Assembly (NCBI GenBank): GCA_040285825.1
Contig: JAUPSS010000003.1
Span: 1,860,001 to 1,924,000 of the forward strand
DNA from: Eukaryota sp. TZLM1-RC
Taxonomy: Eukaryota; Protista; Metamonada: BaSk clade
DNA: 64,000 bases
Reading direction: 5' to 3'
Shown: positions 46,630 through 57,989 of the stretch, piece after piece
How the letters are laid out: each line of letters opens with the position of its first letter
How positions within the stretch are numbered: position 1 is the stretch's first letter
Position numbers and translations under genes: made by a program
Notes under the pieces: generated by a model
Databases searched by the model: none
What the model was told of the DNA's origin: nothing
Seen by the model: the letters and a program-made list of their open reading frames with translations, nothing else

Positions 46630-48109
46630 TACGGTGAATAAATGGTCGCTTCAGATTAGGATTTTCGAAGGGGTTCTTGAATCAGTGTTCAGAACTTTTC
46701 CAAACGTTTTTCTTTTGATGAAATTGTTTCTTCAATTCAACAATGGTGATATAATACAATACTGCTTTTAAGGAGACTTTTGGATGAAGCATAGAAGAAT
46801 AGAGCGATGTCTGAAGATATCAAAAGCATTGATTGCCAGCTATTGCATGGTTCACGGTTTATTCACACCGACAAAGAAACCAGTTGCTATACCGTACAAA
46901 AGGTCAAATCAAACCAATACCACTGCGGCATTTTCTATACATTCACAAGATCAGATAATTGATGTATAGTGACTTGTAAAAGTCGTCCTGATCTGCTATT
47001 TTCCCCTGTTGAAAGTCGTATCACGATTTTCGAAGTATCCTCTTACATATACTTGCATTCAGTTGAGAACATGTCATTAACACAGCGACAATTCTCCTAG
47101 GTCAATTGTTTCCTGTTCGAGAACCTCATTCACAAACAAGCTACAGCTTCACTTTGTGACATTACACTGAAAGTTTAGTTTCAACCATACTTTTGAATTC
47201 CATTATTCCTGGAATTATTGCAGTGGAATTCTTTGAGTATTTGGAATTCTGGGATTTTACGGTCTGGAATACCAAAAAGAAGTTTGAAATTAAAAATATG
47301 GTTGCAACTGTTTTCCCCTTGATTATCCTCCTTGGAGCCTGAAACTTCTCAACGACCCGTTGGATCACTTTTTTCTAAATCAGGAACTTTGCAAAACAAT
47401 ATGTCAATAGTCGTGAAAGCTTGTACTTTCATATAAAGTACGTTTTATAAATTAAAAAAAACACTTTTCTCATTGACAATCAACCTGAAATACTGAGTTT
47501 GCAAAACCTTTAAGACCCCATTTATGGTCTGTTTCTATCATTCTATTTCATCAGATAACCACACAGGAGATTCTCCAGCAGAACAAATGCGGTATGAGCA
47601 TTGTTTGTTTATAACCAAAATTCATGGTTTTGGTATTTTGCATTTTCACAACATATGTGTGATCTGTAAACATCTGCGGTAAATTATCAATGTCATCAAT
47701 GATATAGATTCCAATTGGGAGGTGAATGTGTTATCAAAAAAGATTGAGATTAGTTCTGTGATATTTCGTCTTCCTCAAGTTTGTTTTTATTAGAATTCAC
47801 TGGAAATTTCTATAATAAAGATGAAGCTGTTTCACCAATTGATTGTAAATTTGAACAAATGCAGGTTTCTATTAACTTAAATTGAATAGGATTATTTGAA
47901 TATAATTGAATTTTAATAGAAGTAGTTCACCTGGAATTTTCGTACATATTCTTATTTCACCAACAAACCCTTCATTATAAGACGCACATAGTTTTGAGGG
48001 ACTCTTGTGACATACAGTCAAAATTCTGATGACTGATTCTCTCACACCATTTTCCAATAACAAATATCATAATAAGATGCTCAAAACAGTTCCTCCTCGT
48101 GTATATTTA

Positions 48110-48900
48110 ACTTCCTCAAATTTATGGTCTTCTTTTAGATGAACCCACATTTTCTTGTACAATGCCATGTTTCATTGGGCCGATAACGTGCCTCAAAATT
48201 GTAGTTGTAAATGTGGATCAAAGATCTCCCCAAATCAGTTATTCAATTGTAAACATTTTATTTCTTTCCAATCAAAAGTCCCTGATGAAGTTAGGGATCA
48301 TCTCTATTGTGAGTCAAAGTCACTCAAAATTGTTTCCTATTTGAAAGCTTTACTCTCTTGTTTGGTTGATGAAAATACTTTGAATTCTTGTGGTCGAAAT
48401 AGAGGTGATTTATTGCTTGGAGGCCTTCAAGGAACGACTATGATTACTAATGTGAGACCAACTGATTTGTGGAATATATCTTTTATACCGTTGACTCAGT
48501 CAAAACACAAGAATCCGCTTTCTGTAGCCAAAAACATTAAAATTGATAAATAAATATAAAGCAAAGTTGGTTTCCTTGCGTGCTGAATTCCACACTCATT
48601 ATGTCCTTTATTCATTTGCTTTTTCTTTGTATGGCACGCTTGGACCACTTGCTTCATCTTTCTAGAATGATTTTGTTGAATTTCTAAAACAACATACAGG
48701 ATGAATTTTTGACAAAATGTTTTGGTATAACGGAATTGTTCTTTTAATTTTTAAAAATTATGTCCCATTATTATCTTCTGCTTTATTATTTCTTGGTTGA
48801 ATTTATGATGGTAAAATTTCCAGTCAATTGTTTTGGCTGATTTAAGATGAATGAAGATTTAGAGTTTTAAGATTGTTGTTAAGTTTCTCGTTGAAATAAA
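48110..48900 (+). mobile_element. Degenerate family B non-LTR 3' fragment
   Basis: CKCGSKISPN, RNRGDL; matches 3830-4620. Confidence 0.85.
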
Positions 48901-48944
48901 TTACATCGAATTACAAATTAACTGGTTCACGACAAAGAAGAAAA

Positions 48945-49115
48945 TGTATGTGAAATTGAACACGCACATTAAAAAAATTGAAGAAGTCACTTACAAGGTC
49001 TTGATCTAGTCGGTAAATGAGATTATCTGAAAGGCAACGGTTTGGACTGGCCTCATCACAAGAAGGTTGCTTCCACTTCAAAACCATGTATACTGAATGA
49101 AGCTGAGGATTTTGG
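48945..49115 (-). pseudogene. Third, diverged fragment of the SAMD9-like gene (AlbA_2 region)
   Basis: NPQLHSVYMVLKWKQPS..SPNRCLSD..LDQDLVSD..FFNVRVQFH aligns to ~aa 66-135 of the full copies. Confidence 0.85.
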
Positions 49116-49289
49116 CATCGCAATATTGATGTCAGTGATGGAAGCATAAGTAAATAATGGAGATTGACCAGAATACATGCAGAGAGTCGATGTTAATGGT
49201 CGAAAGAAAAAGGTTTTTAGGAGAAAATATTCTCAACAACTCAGGTCCCTCTACATTGCTGTAAATAGGACATTTATTTCATTGAAGTG

Positions 49290-49743
49290 GTGCCTTGATC
49301 CTGAAGGTGAGAGGAAATATCACATCTCTCGCCAACAGAAGGTAGTTCTGTTCCCAACTGAGGAGTTTGGTAGAAAGAACCTGTTCAACTGGAAAGCGTG
49401 ACGGTATCACCAGAAGCAGGCGTCAACGTAGGAGGAGGAGAAGCATTGCTTCCCCCGGACCCAGTTGTTACGGGTTGTTCTGGTCCCGACTGAGGAGTTC
49501 AGGAGGAAGAACTCGAATTTTGAGACGGAGGAGGATCAGTCCTACCAGTCTCAAAAATATTGTCTGATCCACCCGAAGAGATCCTATACGTATTGATGAT
49601 CTGTGGGGGGTTAAGACTGGAATGTACCTATAAGATATGTAATGAGATTTATTACGAGGAGAAAAGGATTTCCCTCAACTTGAGCGCATTTGTACAATAA
49701 ACTATAAATAAACTATTAATACAAATATTATCCAAGGGTAACA
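49290..49743 (-). mobile_element. Diverged 5' LTR plus gag start of the same gypsy family
   Basis: Aligns to ~37345-37801, including ATACGTATTGATGATCTG and the terminal CCAAGG-TAACA. Confidence 0.85.
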
Positions 49744-50035
49744 CTAACTTTCTTCGCAAAAGAAGTGTCTAGTGCTACTCACCCATCAGCAACATTTGGT
49801 AACATTCGGACATTCCCTCTGTGGTCTTGACTGTTGATTTGACAAAATACACAACTTACTTCACGCTTAGGCTTACACTTCTATATACACAATTCATCCC
49901 ACAATCATTTTGTTTGGTCATTTCAAAAATCTTTATCTTTAAAAAACCTGCTCAGCTGTCAGATGCTTCAAGACCCACTCCTAGTTCCACGGGAATCTAC
50001 TAATATGGGTGTGCTAATACAAGTCATGAACAAAG

Positions 50036-53000
50036 CTACTTGGTAACTACAAACCAATTACGTTCTCCTACACCATCATATACACACTTATACAAACAGG
50101 TTGTTGTATATATTAAAAAAGGATTATTAGATGACCATTCCATAGATGGAGTCCAGACAACCAACCTTTCGTTACTAAGAACAACTCCAAGTGAAGGCTC
50201 AACCACACACCGCTGCAATGATTTTGGTTGGAATGTCGTTGTGTTCCACGTAATGAACAAACGCAAATTTTCCAACCATTCGGGAAGACATATGTGTCTA
50301 CAGTATTGAACATAAGCAAGAAAAGACTTGACAGTATCTCTAGAATCAATATCAAGACCAATTGAGGCTAGAATTTTACAACCACACAGCACCGCATAGT
50401 CCAATTCAGTTAATCTACAGTGTTGGTTCACCGTTGGAACATCTACTGCAAAGAACACTTTCCTTCTTGTACAATGTTCTGAACTTACTAAATAAGACAT
50501 TAATTCGGAAAACAAACTGGTTTGAATAGCATCAATAAGTAACACAGCTTCAACAAGGAACGCAAGTGAGTGGATTGTATTCGGTTCCACAAGATCTTCA
50601 TCAAAATCAAAAAATCCACAAGAAGCTAATCGGGGTAAATAAGGACGACCGTTGTTGCTATCCACGTCCAATTGGATCAACGACGAAATGCTTACTTGAT
50701 CTACTAGGCGTGCAACATCTGAACGACAAACATTCATTATTTCGCTCTTGGTCTGATAATTAGGATTGTCTCGAAAATGTTCAAATAGAGAAATAATGAT
50801 TTTGAAAATACCAGATAGAATGAAACTGTTATCAAAATCATCTTTCTTTTGCTCAGAGAAGTTTTCACTGTCATACATGGAACTATCCAAACCTTCAAGA
50901 TATAACTGAAAACTGAAAAGTAAGCGGTCAACCTTGTTGCTTCCGCTCACCAATCCAGAGTAGCGGTACAAATCTGCTAACGAAACAACAAACTTTGCAT
51001 CATTGCCACTGCAGTTCCTGTAGCCAGAATGAACAATCTCAACCATATTGAAAACTTCCTCACAATTTCTATGATTGATTCTTACTCTTTTTAAAAGCCT
51101 CGTCATGGAATGAAAGACACCAATTCTTTGTCTCACAAATTGTTCCCCTTTTGCAATATCTTCAATCAACTGCCAATGGCTCAAAAGCTTAGTGGCACCA
51201 TCACTGTCACCTAGGCTGTCTAGTGTCTGAGGTGGTGAACATTCTCTATTGAAAACATTCAATTCTTCAACGATGTGACCTTCTAAACTTAAAATTGGTA
51301 CAAATAATTTGGTAACAATTAGGTGATGACATTTGTGCTCAGATAGCATATCGCTAATGGCACTAAAAAAGCAAATAGTTCCCTTTAGATAATAAGAAAT
51401 AATGAACTTAGCAACAGAAAGGTTGATGTGGTACTTCGATTCTGAGCGGCTAACAAAACGATCTGATATCGTTGTTTCAAACATTAAAAATTTACTTAAT
51501 TCAGCATCAACACTACTATTGGAAATTGATTCATAAACCCGTTGTAGTGCCAAGACAAACAAATAATTCTTTTCATTAGGCAAACACTTCTTCAACACAG
51601 GCATTAACACAGACTTCGCTTTGGAAAATCCACCCGCAAACAACGAAAGACCGAGATACAAAAAATCAGGTGATTCAAAACAGTTCTCGGTTAAATTTTT
51701 GTACCTTAATTCTGGAATACCCAGTATTGTGAGTAGATCTTTGAGTTTTTTGTAGAAATTGGTGTCAGAAAAAACATTAGCACTGTGAGGAGATACATAC
51801 TGCAATCCATTTTTTCCACCAGCAATTTTCGTTTGCTGCGTTACAAGATAAATCATAGCCAGTTTCACACCTGAATTTTCCTTAGAAAAATTTTTGACAA
51901 TGAAGTTTAATCGATGTTTCAACCGTGATTGAGTACAGTAGACCACTAGATTGTTGGTCTTATATAATTGCACAACAGATGGTAAATAGCTGAGAAGTTC
52001 ATCTTCACTGCTACCCTCATAGACCAGACACTTAGACTGGGTGATACGAGCAATATCACGAAGTGCCAAGAGGATAGATGTATGTCCTCCACAACAGTAA
52101 TCTTGTTTCACGATTTCAATCACTGAACAACTGGTCATAGAGTTGATTTTTTCAAGCAGCTTAGATTGTAGAGAAGAAACACTTTGGTGACTTGGAATCA
52201 ATGTGTCTTTTGTGAACAGTTGTAAGGAAGGCTTGGATCCTTTCAAGAACGATCTTAAACTGACATTTCGTTCATCTTCTGTAAAAGCTTCATCAGCTAC
52301 AGGAAAAACAGTCAAGTTGGCTGGTAAGCGCAAGCGCAGAAACCTGTGACTATATCGCAGACCGCACTCAGGGACCTGAGTGACATACGGTAGAAGAACA
52401 GCGGATGGAGACAAAAAATGTTTAAGGTTGTCCAACAACTCCGACTCATCATTCGGAAGAACAAAGTCGTCAAGAATTGGTAATAAATGTTCCGCTCTAT
52501 TGCGATCATCTGCTTCAATAAGACAGTGAGCTAACAATTTGGGTAATTGAGTTGAGGGAAATTCAAAGATGTAACTATTCCTAACACTTAGCAAGGAATC
52601 GTAATTCAGAGAAGAGTAAGAAATTGTCTTCAGAGTACTAGATCTGAGAACATCAGGGGATAAGGGATCGTCAGCATAGTCAATGAAGGGGAGACCTAAT
52701 AGATTGTGCAATAATGTAGGTTTCCATGAAGGAACGTCACCAAAAATTGTACTAGAATTAAAAAGCAATATCATAGTGCTGAATGATTCCCCCCAGCACT
52801 TATTGAATCTAGCAGAATAAGTTTGAAACCAAGAAGAATTAGGGGGAACCATGGACAATTTACGGACAGATGGACCACATCTCAGGTGAATACCTCGATA
52901 TTTAGAGTGTACAGCATTAGCTGTGATTTCCAGAGGTGATTGATTGAGACGTATCTCCATCAGAGCAACGGTATTTTCCCCTTCAACTGGGTTAAGACAA

Positions 53001-53410
53001 AGAGGATGTAAGTGAAACTGCACAGGGACATTAAAACAATTGAAGAAATCATTCGTGGCTTCAGTATAGTCCTTGTCGAATTCTAGATCACTGACAAGGT
53101 CTTGATCCAGTTGATAAGTGAGATGGTCTGAAAGGCAACGGTTTGGACTAAACTCATCACGAGAAGGTTCTTTCCAATTCAAAACCATGTAAACTGAATG
53201 AAACTGAGGATTTTTGAGCGAACCATACATAGTGCCAGAGTTGTGTAAACCACACACTGCGTGAAGAAAGCGGTCATAGTGATCGCCCGTGAGTCTTGGA
53301 TCCCATGGAAAGTAGTTCTTGAACTCTAGATCGTGATTCTCAAAGACAGAACCCTTAAAATGAGTGAGATAGAATCGAATTGCCTTCTCTACTTCTCTCT
53401 TGGGGGCCAT
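50036..53410 (-). CDS. SAMD9-like protein, copy 2 (1124 aa)
   Basis: About 35 aa substitutions and a 3-aa deletion versus copy 1; duplicated block ~49994-53524 vs ~43204-46744. Confidence 0.7.
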   Translation of the reverse strand: MAPKREVEKAIRFYLTHFKGSVFENHDLEFKNYFPWDPRLTGDHYDRFLHAVCGLHNSGTMYGSLKNPQFHSVYMVLNWKEPSRDEFSPNRCLSDHLTYQLDQDLVSDLEFDKDYTEATNDFFNCFNVPVQFHLHPLCLNPVEGENTVALMEIRLNQSPLEITANAVHSKYRGIHLRCGPSVRKLSMVPPNSSWFQTYSARFNKCWGESFSTMILLFNSSTIFGDVPSWKPTLLHNLLGLPFIDYADDPLSPDVLRSSTLKTISYSSLNYDSLLSVRNSYIFEFPSTQLPKLLAHCLIEADDRNRAEHLLPILDDFVLPNDESELLDNLKHFLSPSAVLLPYVTQVPECGLRYSHRFLRLRLPANLTVFPVADEAFTEDERNVSLRSFLKGSKPSLQLFTKDTLIPSHQSVSSLQSKLLEKINSMTSCSVIEIVKQDYCCGGHTSILLALRDIARITQSKCLVYEGSSEDELLSYLPSVVQLYKTNNLVVYCTQSRLKHRLNFIVKNFSKENSGVKLAMIYLVTQQTKIAGGKNGLQYVSPHSANVFSDTNFYKKLKDLLTILGIPELRYKNLTENCFESPDFLYLGLSLFAGGFSKAKSVLMPVLKKCLPNEKNYLFVLALQRVYESISNSSVDAELSKFLMFETTISDRFVSRSESKYHINLSVAKFIISYYLKGTICFFSAISDMLSEHKCHHLIVTKLFVPILSLEGHIVEELNVFNRECSPPQTLDSLGDSDGATKLLSHWQLIEDIAKGEQFVRQRIGVFHSMTRLLKRVRINHRNCEEVFNMVEIVHSGYRNCSGNDAKFVVSLADLYRYSGLVSGSNKVDRLLFSFQLYLEGLDSSMYDSENFSEQKKDDFDNSFILSGIFKIIISLFEHFRDNPNYQTKSEIMNVCRSDVARLVDQVSISSLIQLDVDSNNGRPYLPRLASCGFFDFDEDLVEPNTIHSLAFLVEAVLLIDAIQTSLFSELMSYLVSSEHCTRRKVFFAVDVPTVNQHCRLTELDYAVLCGCKILASIGLDIDSRDTVKSFLAYVQYCRHICLPEWLENLRLFITWNTTTFQPKSLQRCVVEPSLGVVLSNERLVVWTPSMEWSSNNPFLIYTTTCLYKCVYDGVGERNWFVVTK

Positions 53411-53529
53411 TACGGTGAATAAATGGTCGCTTCAGATTGGGATTTTTGAAGGGATTCCCGAATCAGTGTTCAGAATTTTTCCAAATGTTTTTCTTTTGAT
53501 GAAATTGTTTCTTCAATTCAACAAAATTC

Positions 53530-54010
53530 TGTGATTGGATTGATAATTCTGAAGCTATTGTTGACTTTGTCTCATGTAATGTTGCAAAAGATACTTTGGT
53601 TCACAGAAGAAAACTAAATCCTGTGAGTGCTCTTGATTTTAAAGCAAAAGAAAAACATAGAAAATATGATAAAAATGTTGAAGAGGCTAATGCTGATAGA
53701 AATACACAGCTGGTTTTTATTGCTTTCCCATTTTTGATAAATGGAAGATTATCAGATGAAGCAGAAACCTTTTTGAATGACTTCCAAAAAAATGGTTCAA
53801 GAAAAAACAATGAAAAGTTTTGATATCTTTTTGAAAACGCTCTCGAATTCAATTTGCCATAATTAAAAGATTACCTCGGTTTTTCAATCGAACTAGAGAA
53901 GCTTTAGCTAGACAGCAAGCAGATCAAAATTTTGTAGAGGAAATCTTGGTTCAATGAATTTCGTCTCATTGGTTGTGAGTTTATTTTGTTAAGTGTGTAA
54001 GTTCAATAAA
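53530..54010 (+). mobile_element. Family A non-LTR 3' fragment
   Basis: CDWIDNSEAIVDF..EEILVQ with frameshifts. Confidence 0.85.
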
Positions 54011-54350
54011 AGTAATGTACTTACCACACAATTCTTTGGTAATTTCACCATTATTTCTAAAAAACGAACCCAAATGATGAATAACATCAGTTAAATGTAA
54101 CTTGGCTTGAATTTCAATACTATCAGCTGATGTTGAAACTGGAAAATTTGAAAGTAAAACACATTTAAGAAAGTGAAGTTGAAGGCCAAATTTGTTGAAT
54201 AATTCTTTAAAACATACAGCTGCTTCTCTGACAATCGTTAAGTCACCTATAAGAACAACATCATCCATATAAGCAATCATTTTTAAAGAAGGAAACATTG
54301 CTTCAATTTGGAATAAAATTGGATGAAGGCCAGACAGAACAAAAGAGGTT
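54011..54350 (-). mobile_element. Non-LTR RT fragment
   Basis: LKMIAYMDDVVLIG..GLQLHFLKC..HLGS. Confidence 0.75.
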
Positions 54351-54809
54351 CTGAGGGATCTCCTTACGAGTATTACGAGCATTGCGGATGCAGAAATCAA
54401 GTGCATTTGATTTTAAATTTTACACAGATATTAATGCAATGTTGATTAGAATTTATATCGACAAAGACATTTCTCATTATAGTTTAAGTCTTAGGCGGGT
54501 TCCAGACAGCGCTCCTCTCCCTAATTGATAAAAGCAAACATTTTCCAAACAAATGTCTAATCGTAGATAAAAACTTCACCTAAATTTCGTTATTTAACTC
54601 ACAAATATTTTGTGTCCAAAACATCTATGTTCAAGGTGACATGAAATAGATAATATTATAAAGAGTTAGAGTGGCCAAAAAGCCTGATACAAAAATTTTA
54701 TTGCTATACTGTAAAAATCAGGTAAGATAAGTGTAAGCAAAACGCTAGTCAATGAAGTTGAAAGGGAAACTAATGGGTAAAAGAAACTGCACAAGACACT
54801 AAAACGACT

Positions 54810-55294
54810 CTAAAAACGTAGACGGTGGGGATGATCTCCGTTGTTGAGGGTGAAAGCGCAGCGTAAATAATCCTTAAGGAAGGGAACTTCCTTGACAGCT
54901 CCAAGAACTTGGGCATCGACTTGCTTTTGATCTTCAATGCGACCAGCATCAAGATCTCCCTTCTTGAAATAATCATCGGTGTACTTGTCCAAGTTAATGG
55001 CTGGGAGTTCAACCTTGGTGGAGGTGGGCATGACAAAAGCTTGGTTAATTCTACGGAGAGGAACACCGTTAACCTTGTAGGGACCTACGATCAGAATAAC
55101 AAAATTGACAAACCAGTGACCAACAAGAGGCCAGATTCCATTTGCTTAAGGAAAACGACTCTCTTTCCACGGAAGCGGCCTGCCAATAGGATCAAAACAG
55201 ATCCGGGAACAATGGGGTGGCGCAACTTAGGAGCACGCTGCCAAACTTTGTTCCTGTTAAGAGGCTTAGGGATATCGTCTACTGGGATGATCAT
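54810..55294 (-). CDS. RPL6: 60S ribosomal protein eL6 (intron 55085-55113)
   Basis: [27 protein letters not shown]|[18 protein letters not shown] after removing a 29-nt GT-AG intron; pyrimidine tract upstream. Confidence 0.95.
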
Positions 55295-55497
55295 GAAAAG
55301 TACCAGAAAAGAGGAAAGCTTTTCGCAATTGAATTCCATGTTACTTTGGTGGCATTGTGTCACTTCTACATTACTCTGTGTTTGCCTGTGTGTGACTCAA
55401 ACTGCTGAGTTGTTATTTTCTATGGAAATCTGTATCAATACAATATTATTCTATTCTTGTTCAACCATATACAAAATATTTATTAATTCATTCACAA

Positions 55498-55986
55498 TCA
55501 GAAGAACTCCATATAGACATCAGATTCAGTGTTGTGCATTTCCTCAAAGCAAGGAATAACGGTTTGCAAGAACCCATTCTCAGTTTCAACATATTTGTAA
55601 ATTGCACCCTGTTGAAACTTACTACCCAATGAAACCATTATATCATCTACATCATGTGTAAATGCAACACAAAAACCCTCTTCCTTCCAACCTCCTCTAG
55701 GATCTTCGGAATAAGCAAAATTTATAGATGCTGGAGGAGGATTAGTCAAAGATGCTATGTGATCGCGTAAACGAATATTGCGCTCAATATTCTGATCCTT
55801 AGGAGCCTCCTGACCCATTGGATTCCAAGCAGTTATACCATACCAAACACGTGCATTGTTTTTCTTTAAACAATTGGGTGGGAGTGATATTTGAGAAGTA
55901 TTTGATGGGCGTAATTTGACTTCTTCAGAATTGACAAAGATGTGAGTTACTGCAGCTGCCCAAAGGTCACGAAGATCTTCAGACAT
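55498..55986 (-). CDS. DUF3293-like protein
   Basis: ITAWNPMG..N..RN..L, WKEEGF, LGSKFQQGAIY motifs. Confidence 0.75.
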   Translation of the reverse strand: MSEDLRDLWAAAVTHIFVNSEEVKLRPSNTSQISLPPNCLKKNNARVWYGITAWNPMGQEAPKDQNIERNIRLRDHIASLTNPPPASINFAYSEDPRGGWKEEGFCVAFTHDVDDIMVSLGSKFQQGAIYKYVETENGFLQTVIPCFEEMHNTESDVYMEFF

Positions 55987-56022
55987 TGAATTTAGTGAAT
56001 TGATTAAAAATCATTTCATTAA

Positions 56023-56613
56023 ATGTCTGAACAACAGAGTGAAGCTCCTCCTATGGAGTTTCACGAAATTGATAACCTTCTAAAAGCATCAGGGGTTACA
56101 GAACGTGATGACTCAGCTGTTATGGCTTTACTTGAATATTCTTACAGATACCTAAACGAGATTTATACTGATGCTGCCAACTGGGCACATCACGCAGGAA
56201 GACAACAGGTCACTGTTGAAGATATACAGCTTTCAACGAGGCTGAAGTCTACTTTTGAAACGAGACAACCCCCTAAACTTAAACAACTACTATCAATTGC
56301 ATCACGGGTTAATTCTGAATCAATACCTGCTATTTCAAATAAACCCGGAATGCCAAAACCTCCAGATAAGTTTTGTACAACAGCCCCCAATTACACTGTC
56401 TCAGTGAAAAAGGAGGAAAATCCTATATCTCATGCTGCTCCGATGCCTGAACGAATGGTGTCAGAAGCTGCCGAAGATGAAGCACTTCCTATGGAACTTC
56501 CACATGAATTGGAGACTGGAAGTGTACAGCAACAGGAAGCTATGGAACCTTCTACAACAGAATATCCAGACGATTCATTTCTTCCGATGTCTATGGACTT
56601 TGACTTTGAATAA
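56023..56613 (+). CDS. TAF9: TFIID subunit TAF9
   Basis: Histone fold LLEYSYRY..DA..AHHAG..VEDIQL, then PP..L..IA..VN..IP and PPDKFCTTAPNY. Confidence 0.9.
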   Translation: MSEQQSEAPPMEFHEIDNLLKASGVTERDDSAVMALLEYSYRYLNEIYTDAANWAHHAGRQQVTVEDIQLSTRLKSTFETRQPPKLKQLLSIASRVNSESIPAISNKPGMPKPPDKFCTTAPNYTVSVKKEENPISHAAPMPERMVSEAAEDEALPMELPHELETGSVQQQEAMEPSTTEYPDDSFLPMSMDFDFE

Positions 56614-57989
56614 TTGTTTTTTTGCTAAGAATTCTTGAGTTTAATTTTTGTTTATCTTCAGGTATTTGGAGATTAATATTGTTACGTTTCAATTAGAAAC
56701 ACGTGTTGTTTTTGAATTGATTGATAAATTGATTGATAAATTGTTTCTGAATGTTTGAATGTTGAAATTCACCTATAGCAAGGTATTATTCAATTTATTT
56801 TTCATTCTCATTGCTTGGTACCCATCTTTTCATCAATTTCATAAAATGGTTCTGTTTCAGCATAATCTTAATGATTTTAGCGAGAAGGAAGTTGTTGTTT
56901 AAGTACTGTATATGGGATTCTTTGATGCTTTACGTTATCTTTACAAAACAATTAGATGCGAATCCTCTTTTGCAAAAATTAGTTTTGAATCCCAGTTCCT
57001 CTCTTTCTTTTTTCTTTTAATTTCAAAATGGTGAATTTTAATTAGAATAAATAACAAATAATAATGGTTTACTAAATAAACGTGAACACTCATCTCAAAA
57101 CAGTATTCAGTAACTGGACATTGTTTCAAAGGTTGGGAGTAAGAAAAATATGTGAGTGTACATGAAAAATCAATGTTTTTTAATTATACTTATTTAATAG
57201 AAAACTTAAAGTTGAAATGCAATTCAGGAATTTGGTTTCGCTCAATGATGGACTCTGACTTCACTCATTAACCTAGCATGCAGCATCAGTAGGGTACACA
57301 ACAACATACAACGAACATACAGAAGGTTGACGAGGAAACTGACCCGGATCCCACCTCCCCCATCAAGATAGAAACAGTTAAAAGAGAGGAAGAGGTCCCT
57401 CTTATGCAAAAGTGGTTACAAAAGGAGCAGGCGCGGACCCAAAACTCTCCTTTCAGAGTAAATCAAGAGGTCACCAGAACGAACCGGCTCCCTCTCCTCT
57501 CAAGGAAATAGTTTCTTCATCAGATGCCGCGAAAATGTTAGGGTCCCAGTTCCCTCTCCCCTTATCTAATGTATCATCTAGTAAAGAAAACGATGGAAAT
57601 CCCACTTTACAGAATCAACTCCTCTAGGATAGTGTATAACACGGAAAGGGGAAGAAGACTTCAGTGATGGATTCTACAAACTCCTAACAAGGACGCGGAG
57701 GCTTGCCTCCAATCAATGGATTTTATCCATTCGAGCAGCTCCGTCTTTTATGGTGCCAAACACAAAAAAGTCGACTACATACGAGGATACGAGTAGAGAT
57801 TCCACCTCCACTGTTATTGTACTACAATGCAAAGATACGGTATTTGTTCCTTTGAAATTTTTAGTCGTAAAGCCAGTACTTCAACAAAAAAAGCCGCCGC
57901 TTTCAGGTTTCTGAAATTTTTTACTTTGCTTACTGTTGTTTTTGATCCAACATAAACCCTGCAAACAAAATGTTCCACGCCAACTCTTG

